Of a DNA stretch of 64,000 nucleotides, positions 1 to 14,949 are shown piece after piece. Both the position numbers and the translations under genes were made by a program. Position 1 is the first letter of the stretch. Every line of letters starts with the position of its first letter. The notes below the pieces were generated by a model, which made no database searches, was not told where the DNA came from, and saw only the letters and a list, made by a program, of their open reading frames with translations. The DNA lies in the NCBI RefSeq assembly GCF_009834535.1, contig NC_045696.1, forward strand, positions 77,626,001 through 77,690,000, given 5' to 3'. The DNA comes from Camelus ferus. Lineage: Eukaryota.

Positions 1-140
1 GCATCAATATTGGCTCATCAACTGCAATACTGTTCTACAATAATGTAGGATGTTAATAGGGCTAACCTGTGTTGGGAGATGAGGGGACTGTGTGTGTGGA
101 GGGTTATATGGGAACTCTGTACTTTCTGCTCTATTTTTTA
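1..140 (+). mobile_element. Ancient L1 (L1MC-like) 3' end fragment
   Basis: gtaggatgttaatagg...tatatgggaactctgtactttctgctc motif, recognised from recall. Confidence 0.65.
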
Positions 141-1267
141 AATATATGTTTTAGTGGAGAATGCATAGGTCACTGGGTCATACTGCTTACTTCGTCTTTG
201 CAGAGTAATAACTACAGGGAGTTAAAAGAAATCCAACAACAAAAGACAGATACCACAAGATCTCATCTCCAGATATGCCAGTCCCCTGGCACAGTCGAGC
301 ATAGTAGATCATAGTAAAGGAGGGAGAGAGAAGATTCAGAATTCTTAAGAAAATACATAATCTCCTCCTTACTCGGGGGCAATGAGATTTTACACTGCTG
401 GGTTTTATTAGCAGTAGTATTTTTGCATTGCTTTGTAGTTTCCAACACGCTTTCAGTTAGATGGTCCCTGATGATATACATCATTTCATCTGCTCCCCAC
501 TGCCCACCAAGCTCCACACCTCTGTAGCACTTGGCAGCTTTTCATTATGCCATCTCAGTCTGTCACAGCCCCCTCACTCAGGATTAGAAGAATTCCACTT
601 GACTGTACAGGTTGTGAGACTTAATGTAGTGAATGTGCATTGAATCAGATTCTTAGAACTGGAAAGGACTTTAGAAATTATCTTTATCAACAGATTAAAA
701 TATAATTACACAGAGACCCAGAGGTGCTGAATGCCTTAACTAACCAGCTAGAGAAATGAACAAAATGGAGACTCTCTGCACTACTCAACCCTGCATTACC
801 TGCCTCACCTGCCTCACTCCATGGGAAACCTAAAAAAAAAAAATCGAAGTAAGAGTCCCACAGCCTTTCATTCACTAAATTCACCAGTGCTTCCTTAATA
901 GCATCTCCCAAACCAGCTCTTTGTTCTTTTTTCCTGACACCAGTGTGCCAAATCGTGTTCTCAGCACCCCATGCCTCTTGTACACCCTTGGTCTTCCTGA
1001 CTTTGCAACTCCAGTGCACCCTGTCTGGAGCACCAGATAAATCTAATACAAATTTATTTCTTCGTGGCTTCTTTTGTGTAAAAGATAAAGCCCAGACCTC
1101 TTAAGAGAGCACTTACAGGACTGCAGCCTGATTTCTTCCTACCTCTCCTGAGTCATGAACTGAATAATCATTCAAACTATTCCATTTTCTGTTTGCCAAT
1201 CCCCAGCACACCAACACAACCTGTCCTTTGTGTCTTTCTCCAACTGTCCTCTCCAGGTAACGCTCCC

Positions 1268-1611
1268 TGTCTTAGTTTGGGCTGCTGTAACAGAACACTC
1301 TAGACTGGGTGGCTTACAAACAAAACTAATTGATTTCTCACAGTTCTGGAGGCTGGGGAGTCCAAGGACCAAGGTGCTGGCAGATTCAGCGTCTGCAGAG
1401 AGTCTGCTTCCTGGTCCACGGATGGCTTTGTCCTCACATGGCAGAAGGGGTGAGGGAGCTCTCGGGAGTCTCTTATAAAAGGGTGCTAATCCCATTCATA
1501 AGGGCTCTGCCCTCAGGACCTAATCATTTCCCAAAGACCCTCACCTCCTAATATTATCATTAGGTTTCAATGCATGAATTCTGGGAAGACAAAAACATTC
1601 GGTCTATAGCA
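1268..1611 (-). mobile_element. ERVL-MaLR solo LTR (MLT1A-like)
   Basis: TG...CA termini; 5-bp TSD ctccc at 1263-1267 and 1612-1616; diagnostic ctcacagttctggaggctggg-agtccaag. Confidence 0.9.
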
Positions 1612-3157
1612 CTCCCTAACTTATTGGGCATCCTACCATTTCCTGAAGCCCAGATAAATTTCTCTCTTTCCCTAGGATTGTTTTTTGGCTGTGACCAGGT
1701 AATAATTTATCTCCTCAATGAATCCTAACAGCACTTCTTGCCTGTAGCATTCATTGGGCACTCTGCATGCGTATCCTGGAAATTTACATGAATTATGACT
1801 TACATATTTTACCTCTTGAATTAGATTAAACTCCTTGAAGGTAGGGATCTTATACAGCCAGTTTCCATCAGTGTGTGGATTTATTTATAAGAATGACAGT
1901 CATTTTTAGATTTAACATCATAGGACTCAAAATCTTTTTGAATCTTCTGATGCCAAATAATGGAGAAAATTCTTTCATATATTCCAAAAATAATATATTT
2001 CAGTGTTCAGTGACACTTTTGTTTCGAGGTAGTATCCTTTAAGACATGACTGAAATTCAAATGCAACATTTAGCTTTATACAGTGAACTTCCTGTCAACA
2101 ACTTTCTTAAAAAGCAAATCACTTTTGACTTCCTCCTTGTATATTTGATGAGAATTGTTGTAACACCATTGGTTTGAAGAGTGACATTCTGAAATGAATT
2201 ATATCCCTAAAGGTTGTTTAAGATTTTTAAAAAGTTGAACCATGTTCATCAAATGTTCTTTTGTACAATGTAATTAACAATTTTATCTTTTCTCCATATA
2301 GTTGTCATTATGTATAATCAATTTTTCCATTTTCTCAAACTCTGTATCCCATCACACTCATCTTTTTACTTTGAAAATTTCCCCTCCCATAAAGGAAGGG
2401 CTTATGAGATTTGAAAGTAGAAAGTCTATTGTAAATTTGAAATTTTTGCATCCATAATATTTAGAAATGTGAATTCTCTACCAAGGAAAAGCATAGAGTA
2501 GGATGATTTATTATCTATTTCAGAAATAAAGTAAAAATTCATGACAATCTTGGGATAAAGGTCAGTCAGATAAATCAAAATGAAGCTTTTTAATCTATCT
2601 GCATGGTTGGCATATATATGAATTAATAGAGACAAGGAGAAGAATGGCAGACGTGTATTTTTTCTCAATAACTATAGGAAGAGCTTAAAATAATGCCAAA
2701 ATAGTGAACCACAAGCTTTCAATTTTAGTTTGTTATATGAGTTAGAACACTATCATAATCAACATTTTGGGCCTTACACACTGGAAGACAAGGTAGGCTG
2801 CAATCATATTAGTAACAGGAAAATCATCACTTGCTTAATCATTGTTAACTCAGGGCAAGACAAATACTTGCTTTTCTACTCAAAATGCAAGTGCTAAAGT
2901 AAACTAAGTCCACAAAAATTACTGAAAGGATAATAAAAGGTTAGTAGACACATAAGAGACCACAGAGGGGTCTTCTGTATTCAGTGCACATGCCAAAACA
3001 GGCAAATGGGGAGAGTTTACTATATCATAATATATAAAATTATATCCTTACTGTATGATACTAATTTCTGAGTTTTTCATAAGTTAAAAGTAAAGGAAAT
3101 GGAAGTTATATAATATATTCTAAACATGTAATTTATCTACTCTAATAAAGACTTTTT

Positions 3158-3275
3158 GGGGGGAGGGTATAGCTTAGCAGCTGAGCACATGCTTAGCATG
3201 CATAAGGTCTTGGGTTCAATCCCCAGTACCTCCATTAAAAATAAATAAATAAATCTAATTCCACCCCCCCCCAAA
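3158..3275 (+). mobile_element. tRNA-Ala-derived SINE (camelid Vic-1-like)
   Basis: ggggagggtatagct head, catgcttagcatgc, B box ggttcaatcc, A-rich segment, then C-rich tail. Confidence 0.88.
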
Positions 3276-4146
3276 AGAACTTTTAATAATGCTTGATTTA
3301 ATAACATGGCTTAATATTTCTATTTAGCAATTATTGCACCTACCAGACACTATATTTTACTTACTTACCTTATTCATTCTGTTCTCCCATCCCTACCACT
3401 AGAGTATGACCTCATCAGGGAAGATAATTTTAACTTGAGGCAACTGCAATGTCCCTGGTGCTTACAAGAGTACATGGAGCAGATAAAGAGCCTTAAGAAT
3501 GTCTGTTGTACTAAAGGGATGTTTTCCAAAGTCTTATGATATGTTTAAAAATGATAGAAAATAAAGATTCTAAATGCAAATATGAGTTTAAAATCATAAA
3601 GGAAAATCACCAAGTATCAGAAGTACAGAAAGTTTCCTATTATAAAAGGGTCTCACGCCAAATCATCTCTATTTTATAGGTGTACAAGAATCAAGTGATT
3701 TGTCAGATCACAGAATTTTGGTACTAAAAGGCATCTTAAACCTCATGGAGCCCAAATATTCAGGTGCTGAAGTCTGCTCAGCCTGATTTAATACCTCAGT
3801 GGCAATGACCTCCTCCACCCTGTGAAAGTATCACATTTCGTTTCTTTAAAAAACTACTTGTTAGAAAATTTTTCCTCAGATGTAATTAAGATCTGTATTC
3901 CTATGTTTCAGTCCTTTAGTCCTAGTTACATCCTTTGGTCACACACAGTATGTGTAGTCCAAGGTATTATTTTTTATATATTTATCTATAATATATATAT
4001 GTTACATATAAATGACGTAGTATAAAAGTCTAAATTTGAGTACCTTTATGAAGAGAGTTCTGGGCCAAATAGTCTTCCTGCTTTAATCTTCCTCCAACAC
4101 CTCTTTGTCTCCTGCCTTTTCTCATGATGAATCCTGAACTAGACAC

Positions 4147-4292
4147 TATATATATATACATATATATATATACACATATATATATATAATATGCACCTAT
4201 TGTGTTTATATATTCATATATCAAAAAGTACATATATACACACATGCACATATGCATACCTTAAATTGTTATACATATGCACACATATGTGC
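4147..4292. repeat. Degenerate (TA)/(CA) low-complexity tract
   Basis: Alternating purine-pyrimidine runs (tatatatatacatatata...). Confidence 0.85.
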
Positions 4293-5077
4293 ATCTGTTA
4301 CAAGAAAGGCATGTGTATTTATATTTTATGTCTTGTAGAGGAATCCAATGTTTAAAACATGCTATCATCTTTGAAATTCCATTTTCACCTCTTTGTTTAA
4401 TTTCTGCTGTATCAGGAACCTCAAAAACAAAACCATTTATTTGTATCCCCCTCTAAGAGCATAAATTGAATCCCTCTTCTATATGAACATTGTTTAATTG
4501 AAATATTTGTTAAAATTGTTAAAATGTTTTCAGAAATCACTCTATTGTGACCCTCTAAGCAAATATGTCTAATCCCCTGGTTGTTTCAAGATCCATCATC
4601 TGACTCCCATTCTCCCCTGAAGATTAAACATATTTCACTCCCTCTTAAAATGTAGTTTCTAGAATTAAATACAATGCTCTATAAGTGGACTACTGGAACG
4701 GAGTAATTCAAGAAAGCACATTTCTTCTAATACAACCTATAAACCCATTTGGTTTTTCAGTAGCTATATACATTTGATTTACATTGATTTTAAGGTAAAA
4801 TAAATTCTTAGTCTTTTTTTATATAATATGACTAAATGAGTATCATATAGCTATAGAGAGTATCTATAGATGTAAAGAAAACATAACATTTTCCTTGTTC
4901 TATATTTATGCAATTGAACTTTTCTTTGGGAGAGGAGGATGGTCCTCAAATTGTAGACATAATAACTGCTTCACACTAAAAATATCATGTTATGTTCATA
5001 AAAGATACATATTCTGAAAGTCAGACACAAAAAGTTGAGGGGGTATCAAAACAGAAACTTTGAGATGAACATCCTAC

Positions 5078-5276
5078 CTGTAAAAGCCTGGTGGTGCGTG
5101 CTGCACCAGGAAGCTCTTCTCCATGTCCTGGAGAATGTCATTGAGCATCCGCACGCGGACGGGAGCTCTCTCCTCGGGATCGTTAGCAGGACGCATCTCG
5201 TCAGACTGGAAGAGCTCAGCGCTCTCTCGAAGGCGTGAGGCTGGGGCCAGCAGCTGAGGGGTGTCGGGCTGATCGC
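5078..5276 (-). CDS. NAALADL2: NAALADL2 internal coding exon (199 bp; probably penultimate, human exon 13 equivalent), TfR-like dimerisation region of the M28 family
   Basis: tctttaccag|GC GAT CAG...TTT TAC AG|gtagga encodes (G)DQPDTPQLLAPASRLRESAELFQSDEMRPANDPEERAPVRVRMLNDILQDMEKSFLVQHAPPGFY(R), matching the recalled NAALADL2 C-terminal region. The phase-1 acceptor joins the 18421 exon in frame (G|GC = Gly). Confidence 0.95.
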
Positions 5277-6039
5277 CTGGTAAAGATACATGAGCCCATC
5301 TCAGAAGAGAGCATCTCAATGGAGCAATACAAACACTTCACAATCATGATGTCAAAAGGGAGATTCCACATCAGTTAAACTTACAGAATGTATTCATCCC
5401 ACCAAAAATAGTCTGGCTAAACATATCCTGGTAAGTGTTCAATTTATTACTACTACTAATTACTGCTACGAATAAGAATACCAGTAAATAGGAACTGATT
5501 ATTGAGACACTACTTCAATGTTCCAGATACTGCTGGGCCCTTTACATAATTATCTCATTTAATATTCACCAAACCTTGTATTGTCATGTCCATTTCATAG
5601 AAGCTGAGAATTGATTAAATCAAGAATATTGCCACAGATCATCAAGCAAGTGAATGAGAGGCCAGAATTAGAAGCCTGATCTTTCTGGCTCAAAAATGTA
5701 TGCTCATCATGTAGTATCCTGTTTTTCAAGAAAAAATATTATAAAAAGAATTGTTATCCTCCTTTCTGAGAGCATGATATGTTACCATATGTTGTGATGT
5801 GTCTGCTGGCTCCTTTCACTTGACTAGAAATGTCCTGTAATTTGAAGTTGAAATACAACTTCGGTTTGAAAATACTTTGAAAATGATCCTATGTAGCATT
5901 TGTATTGCTTTTTTTCATTTTGAGATGATTTTTGCTTGTCATCGCTTTCCTATTTGCTTGTGTAATTTACTGGAAGTCATTCTGATATGAACGTTGGTAG
6001 CAAAAGGACCAAAGGACGTTCCTCTGACTAAGGGGAAGG

Positions 6040-6260
6040 CAGTACTGTAGAGCGGTGACAGCCATCAGAGCCTGGTGCCAGACCACCTGAGTTCAAATCC
6101 CTGCTCTACAACCTGCGTGATGTTGGGCAAGTTACTGAGCCTCAGTGTCTTCATCTGTGAAGTGAACATCATAATAGCACGTGCTTTATGGATCTGTTAA
6201 GGAGGGTTAAGTGATTAACACTTATAATGTACTCCCACTACAGGTAGGCAGTTCTTAGCT
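6040..6260 (+). mobile_element. MIR SINE (other probable copies at ~5490-5710 -, 9950-10170 +, 28810-29020 -, 41160-41300 -, 51590-51830 +, 53140-53345 -, 53615-53840 +)
   Basis: MIR core gttcaaatccc...ttgggcaagttact...cctcagtgtcttcatctgt. Confidence 0.75.
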
Positions 6261-9200
6261 GGTGTTTAAAACTTAGTATCTTGTTTAAAAAGGATTCTCT
6301 TATTATGCCATGGGAGGAACATTCCCCCATCATCTTACTCCAGATATCCCCCCATCAGTCAGTCAAGGGGAAGCAAGAGTCAGGGGTGTCATTCTCAGGA
6401 GACTAAGTACAACTGACTCCTGCAAGGTCAGCCGTTCACTGCAGAAGATGACTTCTAGGCAAGGGAACGAGATGAACGCGGGGCTGGTGAACCCAAGCTG
6501 GCAGTCCTGAGCGCGCGGCACTGCGATGAGCAGGTGGAGGGATGAAGAGAGACCTTGTGGGACCTTCACTTGGGGAAGTCTCGGGCAAAAGGGAAAGGTC
6601 ACAAAGAGACTCTTTCTCCAAGTGAGGCCTAAGGGTACTGGCTACCCAAACACTTGCTTTTTGTGAAAATACAGATTCCCAGAACTGCTGAATTTCTCTA
6701 GGGCCTGGGAATCCCAGTTTCAACATGTTACTCAGACTGTTCTATACATCTTAAAGTTTAAGGGGCACTATAGAGAGATGATACGTTTTAAAGAAAAGAA
6801 AAGAAAACTAGATTAGAATGATAGCTGAGGTATAAAATATATCTGTCATAAAATTACCAACCTCTAATATAGTGATCTTTATTTTCTCTCACCTTCATTT
6901 GATGGGGATGATTTTACATGTCAGTTTCTTTAGCGCCCAGCATAGTTCTAACATTCAGTAATTGTTTACTGACTAAGCAAAGGAGATTCAATACAGCATT
7001 TCAGAAAAATATCCAATTACAAATGAAAACTACAGACAGAGATAAATGGTTTTTATGAGGACGACAGGGAGACAGCCTGCTGTGTAATGCTCTGTTCACT
7101 GAAATTAACTGTGAATAAAATCAACTGTAGAAGGTCACAAGGTTTTGGCATTTTGATGTTTTCAAAGTGTGTTCCACATTCATTCATTAGTAATCTTGTT
7201 TGATTTCACAGCAAAATTTGAGGATGCAAGAGGAGAGACTTCTGCTCATTGAGAAAATTTAGCCCCTAAGTAACAGCAACATCAACAACAATAGTAATGA
7301 TGACATTTTATAAAGATACGGTTTATCTTAAACTATCGTTCACCAAAGTTAATATGTGGGGAACTTACAGAAATTGTCTTTGGACAAGGAAAGAATAAGA
7401 TAGATAAGGCACATTTGGATGACACTGGAATTGAAACATGGAAGAAACAGAAAAGAACAAGTTTGACATCTTAAGAGTCTTCCATTAAAGAAAGAAGCAT
7501 CTGTTCTGATCTAACACACACTGCAGAATTGAAGACACTACTACTGAATCAAGTGAGACAAACTGTACCATTCTACCTTATTTAGCTGTAAATGAATTCA
7601 GCTTTCATGGCAGTGTGGATGGAGAAAACTGACAGCCTTGGGAACTGGCTGGTTCCAGAAAGGACCCTAATAGTGGAAATCACCACCACAGCATAACCTA
7701 TGCATTACTTCAAGGATATGAGGTTACAAATTGAAAAGCAGCTTTATTTCCAATGTTCACGCAATTATACTGGTATCAAACTCATGTCCCAAAGATTCCC
7801 AGTAGTTATTCCTGTGACCTCAAATGACTTGTGATCCTTAGGGTAACTACTAGAATGGCAGCTTTGTGAGGGAAGAGATTATTGTCTGTCTCTTCCATTG
7901 CCATCTCTCCAACACCTAAAATGATGCCTGGCAAATCATTTAAAGAATGAATATGTGAATTATGTACTTTGATCATAGCATCATGGCATCTGTAGTATCT
8001 TTATCCTCATCTGCCTGGTCTCTCTCCTTTCCTTGACTGAAAAGAACCCCACAAGATCAGCAAATATGTTTTATCACTCTCTGCATCTCCAGCTCCTAGC
8101 ATACTACCTGATATAGGTAGTCATTTACTAAAAATCTTATTGACTATATGTGGAATTATAAGATGTCTTATTTAAGATACATTATTATATTAAATTATGC
8201 CTACAAAATCACCCAGGGAGATATTTTGTGCATAATGAGTATCAACAGATATTATTTCCGGTACTTTCTTGATAAAGGTAATAGTTGCAAAGGAAAAGGA
8301 AAAAAAAGAAAAGCTATTTTAGCGTAATGGTAAATTAAACTAAACTGGATTAAAATACAGCCTATCAATAATCCCCGAAAACTAAGAATATATAAAACTT
8401 CATTTAAGGCACAGTGAATGTCAGAGAACAGAGATCTAACTGAAACTCTTAGCAGTTTAAGTTTAATTAGTAAGTCCATTTGGCCAAAGGAAATGAACTG
8501 GGAGCTAGAGATTTCTCTCAAAGAAGGTAAACACAATTATCTTGAAGTTCTATGTAGTACGTGGAATCTGAAGACTAAGGACTTGGTATCAAAAAACGTA
8601 AGAGCCTGGTTTACTTAATTACAATCAATATGGACATGAACAGATTACCTAATAACTACAATTTCTCAGCTTCCTTGGGAAAAATGGTCATTTTTCTTTC
8701 TAAGTATTTATATCACTATATAAATGCAAGTTACTATTATCAGAGTATGCAAACTAAACACAAATGACTGTCAACTCATTTTTAAAGGTATGCAAAAAAT
8801 ACTGTAACAGCTTTACTAATGATTTTATTTCCAAAGATGTAATTTTTTATCACTTCCTCCAATGCATGCCTCCCTCTGAGCAACTGTATCACACTTCTCC
8901 CCATCTACAATTTAATGAGGAATTTCTATTTTATTTTGCAGTACCTATGAATCTGCATCCAGTTTTCCTTTCCATGGGCTGGCACCTCACACCTCTGAAG
9001 GACCAGGAAAGGGATAACGTGAAGGGAAAAAGAATTAAACAACAAAACTTTTAAAAGATCCCTTTCTATCTTTGCTCCTGGTGAGAAGCCAACCACTAAT
9101 AAGGGTTTGCAGCATGGGAGAACATCCTGATTTGTGACACATATTGAATATCAACCTTAATATAATACAAAATAAGTGAGACTGCCTAGTGAATTATCTT

Positions 9201-12200
9201 GGTAAAATTCAAGAGACAATTGAAATGCGCTTCAAAATTTCAAACAGTTTGCATTTTTCCTCCACCTCAAAGTAAAATACAAATGTATTTTCAGTAAGGT
9301 CTTATTGAGACCAATATTATTTTGTGTGTTGCTATGTAAGCCTTATAGATTAAACTTCTAACCTTAATAACTCCTGCTCTAGTTATAAATAATCAAAGAC
9401 AGAATAAATAAGTATCAAATGAAATAAACACTTATGAGGGTGACGGGAGAGCCTCATTGTGTATATGAATATTCTAAGTAGATCCCAGGGAAGAACTTGA
9501 GAGACTAATCATAAATCAAGGCCATTGCAAACAGAACACTTAAAAGTTCTGGGACTGTCCCTACATTACAGCAGTTGAGGTCGGATGTTCCATCGTAAAC
9601 AACAATATTGATTAGTCTTCCCTTTCCTTCCCTCGGTCCTCTCCCTTGGAGAAGATGGATCCACCTCTAGCTTAAACCCTTCCATTTTTCTAGTGCTCTA
9701 TAGAAAGGAGAGAACTGGATATTATAAGCAGCATTAGTACTAACTGAAGAGGAAGAGGGAGGAGGGAGGTGAGGGAGGAGGGAAGAAAGAAGGAACTACC
9801 TTGGAGATCAATATGGATGTTGAGATCTAGGCAAGCCAACTCAGGAGAGGCTCAAAAATGTACCACAGGAAACATATCCCCACGACTGAGGGGGTCTCCT
9901 GCCCTCCAGCCAACCAGCACCTTGCTGTATGCTCCCCTCAAGGCAGCTCAGGAGGCAGGGTGGTGTAACGGGAAGGGCAGAGACGTTGGAATCTAACACA
10001 TCTATGTTCAAGCCCTAAACCTACCACTTAAATGTAGACACCCAAGTAAGACACAAACCCCCTCTGAGGCCATTTTTCAGTCTCTAAATAGGTCTTAACA
10101 ATACTCAGCTCTGCTCGCGGGGCTAGAGTAAGGTTAAATGTCATAATGAATGTCAGGCACTTAGCACATTACCTGGGGCTTTGGGGAATGACCCAGACAC
10201 AAAGTGACAAGGTGTGTCCCAGGTGCGTTAATCTTCCTGAAGACCCTTGATACAAGATCCTAAAACACTTTTCTAGCAGTAGGTCAGGAGCTCAAAGCTA
10301 TTTCATACACATCCTAGCCACCACGCCTCTAAGGCTTCCAGTTAAGACCAGTAACTACTGTGCCCACTGCATCCTTCTGAATCTACACACATTCTAACCT
10401 GCCAGCATCTGGGACCCATGAAGATGTGAAGGCACGTCACATCTTGATGCATTTCAGCTTGGCATGAACCCATGTGTATTATATCTGTTCTACAGTCTCA
10501 TACAAATTTATAACTGTCTTATTTTAAATAATGATTTTACTACCTACTATTGTGGTCTCTCTTCAGAGTTTCATTCTCCAAAAAGCTTTAAATTTTAGTT
10601 TATTTCTATTTGTTGGTTCTGTTTTGTGGCCATATTTTTAAAGGTCCACTCAGTTTCATTTTAAATTAAGAGTGAAATGGTACTGGTCATACTCTAAAAC
10701 TACATTTTTATATCAAATAAACTTATCCTTTTACTTTAAATAGTATTTCACAGAATCTCTTCTTCTATGGATGAGCTTATCACAGTTTTAAAGGTGCTAA
10801 CAATTATACAATCACAGCTGAGACTTCACACTGATTTATAGTGACAAGAAAAAGTATGATTTATGTTCCGCATAACTCAGTGGTTAAAAGTAGAATAGAA
10901 GATTATTTGGGGGGGAAATGTATGTTACTTAATGTCATCTTAAAAATATCTTGTGGCATCACTAAAGAGAAGAAAAGAAATTGCCAATACGATTTCAGCC
11001 AGGGGAAGCAACAGTCCTCTATTATCCTAGTATCCTATTCTTCATGCTGCCTTCTTTAGTATGAATCACAATGAGTCATCCCAGCTGGTTATTTAAAGAA
11101 GTTAAACAAACAAAAATGCAGGTAAAGAAAGAAGTGTGGGAGGTAGTGCACTGCTGATACTCAAATAATCTATCATTGATTTTATAATGCATAAATAAAA
11201 GAATATTATTTTAGAAGTGCAATATGCCAGAAGACAGTGGATAATTAGGTCTAAACTGAATATAATAGAAATCCTTTTTACAAAGATGCCAAAGTGGCAT
11301 GTTTGGAAGGATCAGGTTGGCCACTTTAAAAAAAATAGGCAATGCGTTCTAAAGATTATTTTGCATTCTAAGTATTACCCAATGATCCAGGTAGCCAAGA
11401 CAGATGGAAATCTAGCAAGACTTTGAATATACTGCATAGAGTGGGTTCTCCCTACAGTGACTGTCTGCCTGGTGCAGAAATTGAACCAGAGGCTCTTTTT
11501 ATGGTTCACAGATGCTGCTGCTGTATTATGTTTGCAACTACATGATCTGGTTATTGGCTGCTTTGGAAGAGTGAGCAAAGCTTTTTTGAATGAATGAAAT
11601 TAATGTTTGGTTTATTTTTTATCACTCTCCTCCTGAGGCAGAAAGTTGGAGTTTTATATTTAATAAGACATGTGAGTTTAATTATGTTTTGGCTAAACTA
11701 AGAAGCTAGAAAGGAAAAGGCTTGAATAAAATTAATCAACATGAGGGCAAGGGTACTTTATGCTCTGTTACAAGCCAAGATTCAAAGTATCTTTTAAAAC
11801 AACTTTGTAAGTGCTGTCAGTGAGGCAACACTCAGAGCACAATGGATTGTAGTACTATCTTGCCATGGGCATAAGATTTAATCCTAAGAATACACTTAGG
11901 GAAAAAAAGTTCACAATGCAATAGACCATTAGTATGATGAGAGACTGGGGAAAATGATGAGAAGTCATTAATGTATTTCAATCAATGTAATGATGTGTGA
12001 AATGTAGACACTGAAAAGAAAACTTTAAGCAGGTTTGGATGAAGGACTCAGAGCAGGGGAAGACAATGATGAAACCTGTATGAATAGCAGCAAATTGTGA
12101 GACAGGGTAAACAAAAGAGAAGAAAGTATAATTCCAAGGAACACAAAATGGACAACATGCTTAGGATAGTAAGTAAGGAACATTATACAATAAAAATACG

Positions 12201-14949
12201 GGTTCAAAGGGAAATAGGAGAAAGAAAAACTAGTTTTAGGAGACAAACTGACATTAGAGAGACAGATTTGCTGGAGACCCAGCTGTCTCAAATCCTTTTT
12301 CTGGATGAGGTGCAGAATATCAATAAATGAAGTACAGTCTTCCATATAGTTATGTAGTCAGAATCCACACAAAAATATAATGGGGAAGTGAAGCGAAACA
12401 TATTTTTAAGAATTTGTACTCAGTGAATGGCTAATCTCTCATCAAATTTCTCCATCAGTTTGGGCAAGCAAGGTAAAATACTTTCCAGAAAATGCTTTTA
12501 AGTCCTTGTCGCACAGAAAGGACCGTTCCAGAAATGACAGTTCAGACCATGATTCTAGCATGATTCAGAATTCACACAGGAACAAAATCTTTCCTTGGGG
12601 TTGTTTTGGATTTTAGATGGACTGCTCTAGATTTCTTAGGAAGGGCACAGGACTGGGTACCCAGGGCACCCAACTCTACTACCTTTAGGCCAGTCCAGAG
12701 TTAGAACTGGTGGTAATTAAAATCAAGACTGGAGACAGATGGGCTGAGGACTGGACTCACTCAACTTACAAAGCACACACTTAATTTTGCCAATTGGGAA
12801 ATTCATCTTATGTTACTCAGAAAGGAAAAAAAAAGGCATTAACTGAGTCCCAATCACTTGTGATTGTACAAAAGAAGTAAAGTGACACTTGGAAGTATGC
12901 AACTATAAATCTAACAGCACAGAGCGCCTGCCTCAGTGGCATCAACACCTTGAAATACGATCCCTCCTTCTGAAATGAACTGATTGACGCTAATGAATTA
13001 TCAAAGCTAATAAAAAAAAAAAAGAATAAAGTCAAATCAAATCATTGTCAGCTTTTCGAAGAAGAGGGAGGAAATGCTGCCAATGACCATTTTACATTTA
13101 GTGAGACAATCAGGAGGTGGCAACCAGCCACACAGTTCACAATCCATTACATTTCCTGCTGAGTCTGGCTGGCACTAAATAAATGTGTACATAGCCAGAT
13201 CAAATGAAAATGACTTTTACTTTATTTGGTAATTTGTAGTTTTTACAATTAAGCTAAATAATTAACATCCAGAAGTCTGGCAAAGAAAAATAGCAGACAT
13301 TAAACCAAAAGCATCAGAACTATACAGTTGTTAATTATTTTGAAGTGCTGTTTTATGCATTGAAAGGTGGATAAAGTGAGAAACTGTAAACTTAGTAAGA
13401 TCATTATGTGGTCACTCTTCAGTCAGCTGCCAGGTTCAAGGGCGTGGTGGTACTTTATTTACGACTGACATCTTCCTTTGCCCCCATAAACTAGTACCAT
13501 TGCCTTATAATGTACATTTTTTGGACAGAATTTTATTTGTCACAAGTACATCTGAAGTATCTCAGTTATCTTATCAGTCACTATTTATATTATATCCCCA
13601 TGCACCAAGTATAAATATTCATTCTCTAACTATTATGTGTTTGGCATTGACCAAATAGTAAGAGCCAAGGTCACTCAGTCAAAATGAGCTTTCAAGAACC
13701 ATCCAATAAATCAACTCAAACAAATTATTCACTGGTAAATTATCCTTCTTTCTGGTGGTTGTGAGAATGGTAGAGAACGGTCTGCTGCTACTATAAACTA
13801 GTGTAATAAATAAACAAGATGGCTGGCTGTCAAAGGGTAAAAATTACACTGGAAAATGCAATTGGGTTTCAGAGACCTTCACACTTAAACTCTTTGCAAT
13901 AAGGAGAAACAGTATTTGATAGTTCAGCCTTGAAGGTCATTTTTTTTTTTTTTACTGTAATTGAGAACTAATCACCACTAACTATCATAACAAAATAAGA
14001 AAATACATCAACAATCAAAGCTTGTATTAAGCACTAAAATTATATATTTCACTTAACACAGTGCAGGAACTGTGTTAGCTAATGAAAACATCTAGCATTG
14101 TAGCTAAAATGGAAACAGAAATATTTATTTAGTTGTTGATAAGTAGTGTTCAGTATTCACACATAAGCACATTAAAGTATTCAATTTTAAAAATAAGGTT
14201 GTAACCAAAGTAGTCAAAATAGAACAGGTAAAACAATAATACTTCAACTTAAAAAAACAGAACAGGTACATCAAATTGACTATAATTTAGCAAACATTTC
14301 TATAACCTTTTACTATGATACAGATAATGCAAGTAATTTTGAATCATAACTAAAATATGAAAATATATAGTTTAAATTGACAAATCATATTACTTTGATC
14401 AAATATTTATACCCAGATCATGGTAAAAGAATAATTTTTGCCTTTTTTGGGTTACATTTTGTTTGACTGTGCTTCGTTTTTTTAGTATGGGTACATCCCA
14501 ATTCTGGCCACATCTTTCTGAGTGAAAGTGACAGGGAGATCCAAGGAGTTTCACATGAAACAAAACTCAAAAATAGCCAACAACCAAAGAAGCAGTGGTC
14601 TGATCAAACAGCAAAAAGCCAATCTGCTTCTGAGTCATCCAACTGAAACCTCGGATTTTAGGGAGAGATTCATCTAAACATGGTCATGTCTGGCCCTGCA
14701 GTGGAAATCATTATAGAATGACTGCAATTTTGTTTTGTTTTGTTTTTTCCCCTGTTCTGACATTCTCTTAGATATAACTATTAAACAAAGGATTATTAAC
14801 CTGGTCTAGTCTCAGAATCTTTTTTTCCCCTCTTGCCTGAACTGAAACCTGGCTCTCCCCTAATCACGCTGCTTCCACTGCAGTCCTCTCGGGCAGTGGC
14901 TCTTTTTCCTCCCACGCCCTTTGTACCACCAGCTGTACAAGAACAAAAG

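Noticed and set aside
5277..5319. N-terminal extension of ORF 5074..5319
   Set aside because: Intronic sequence upstream of the acceptor; not NAALADL2-like.
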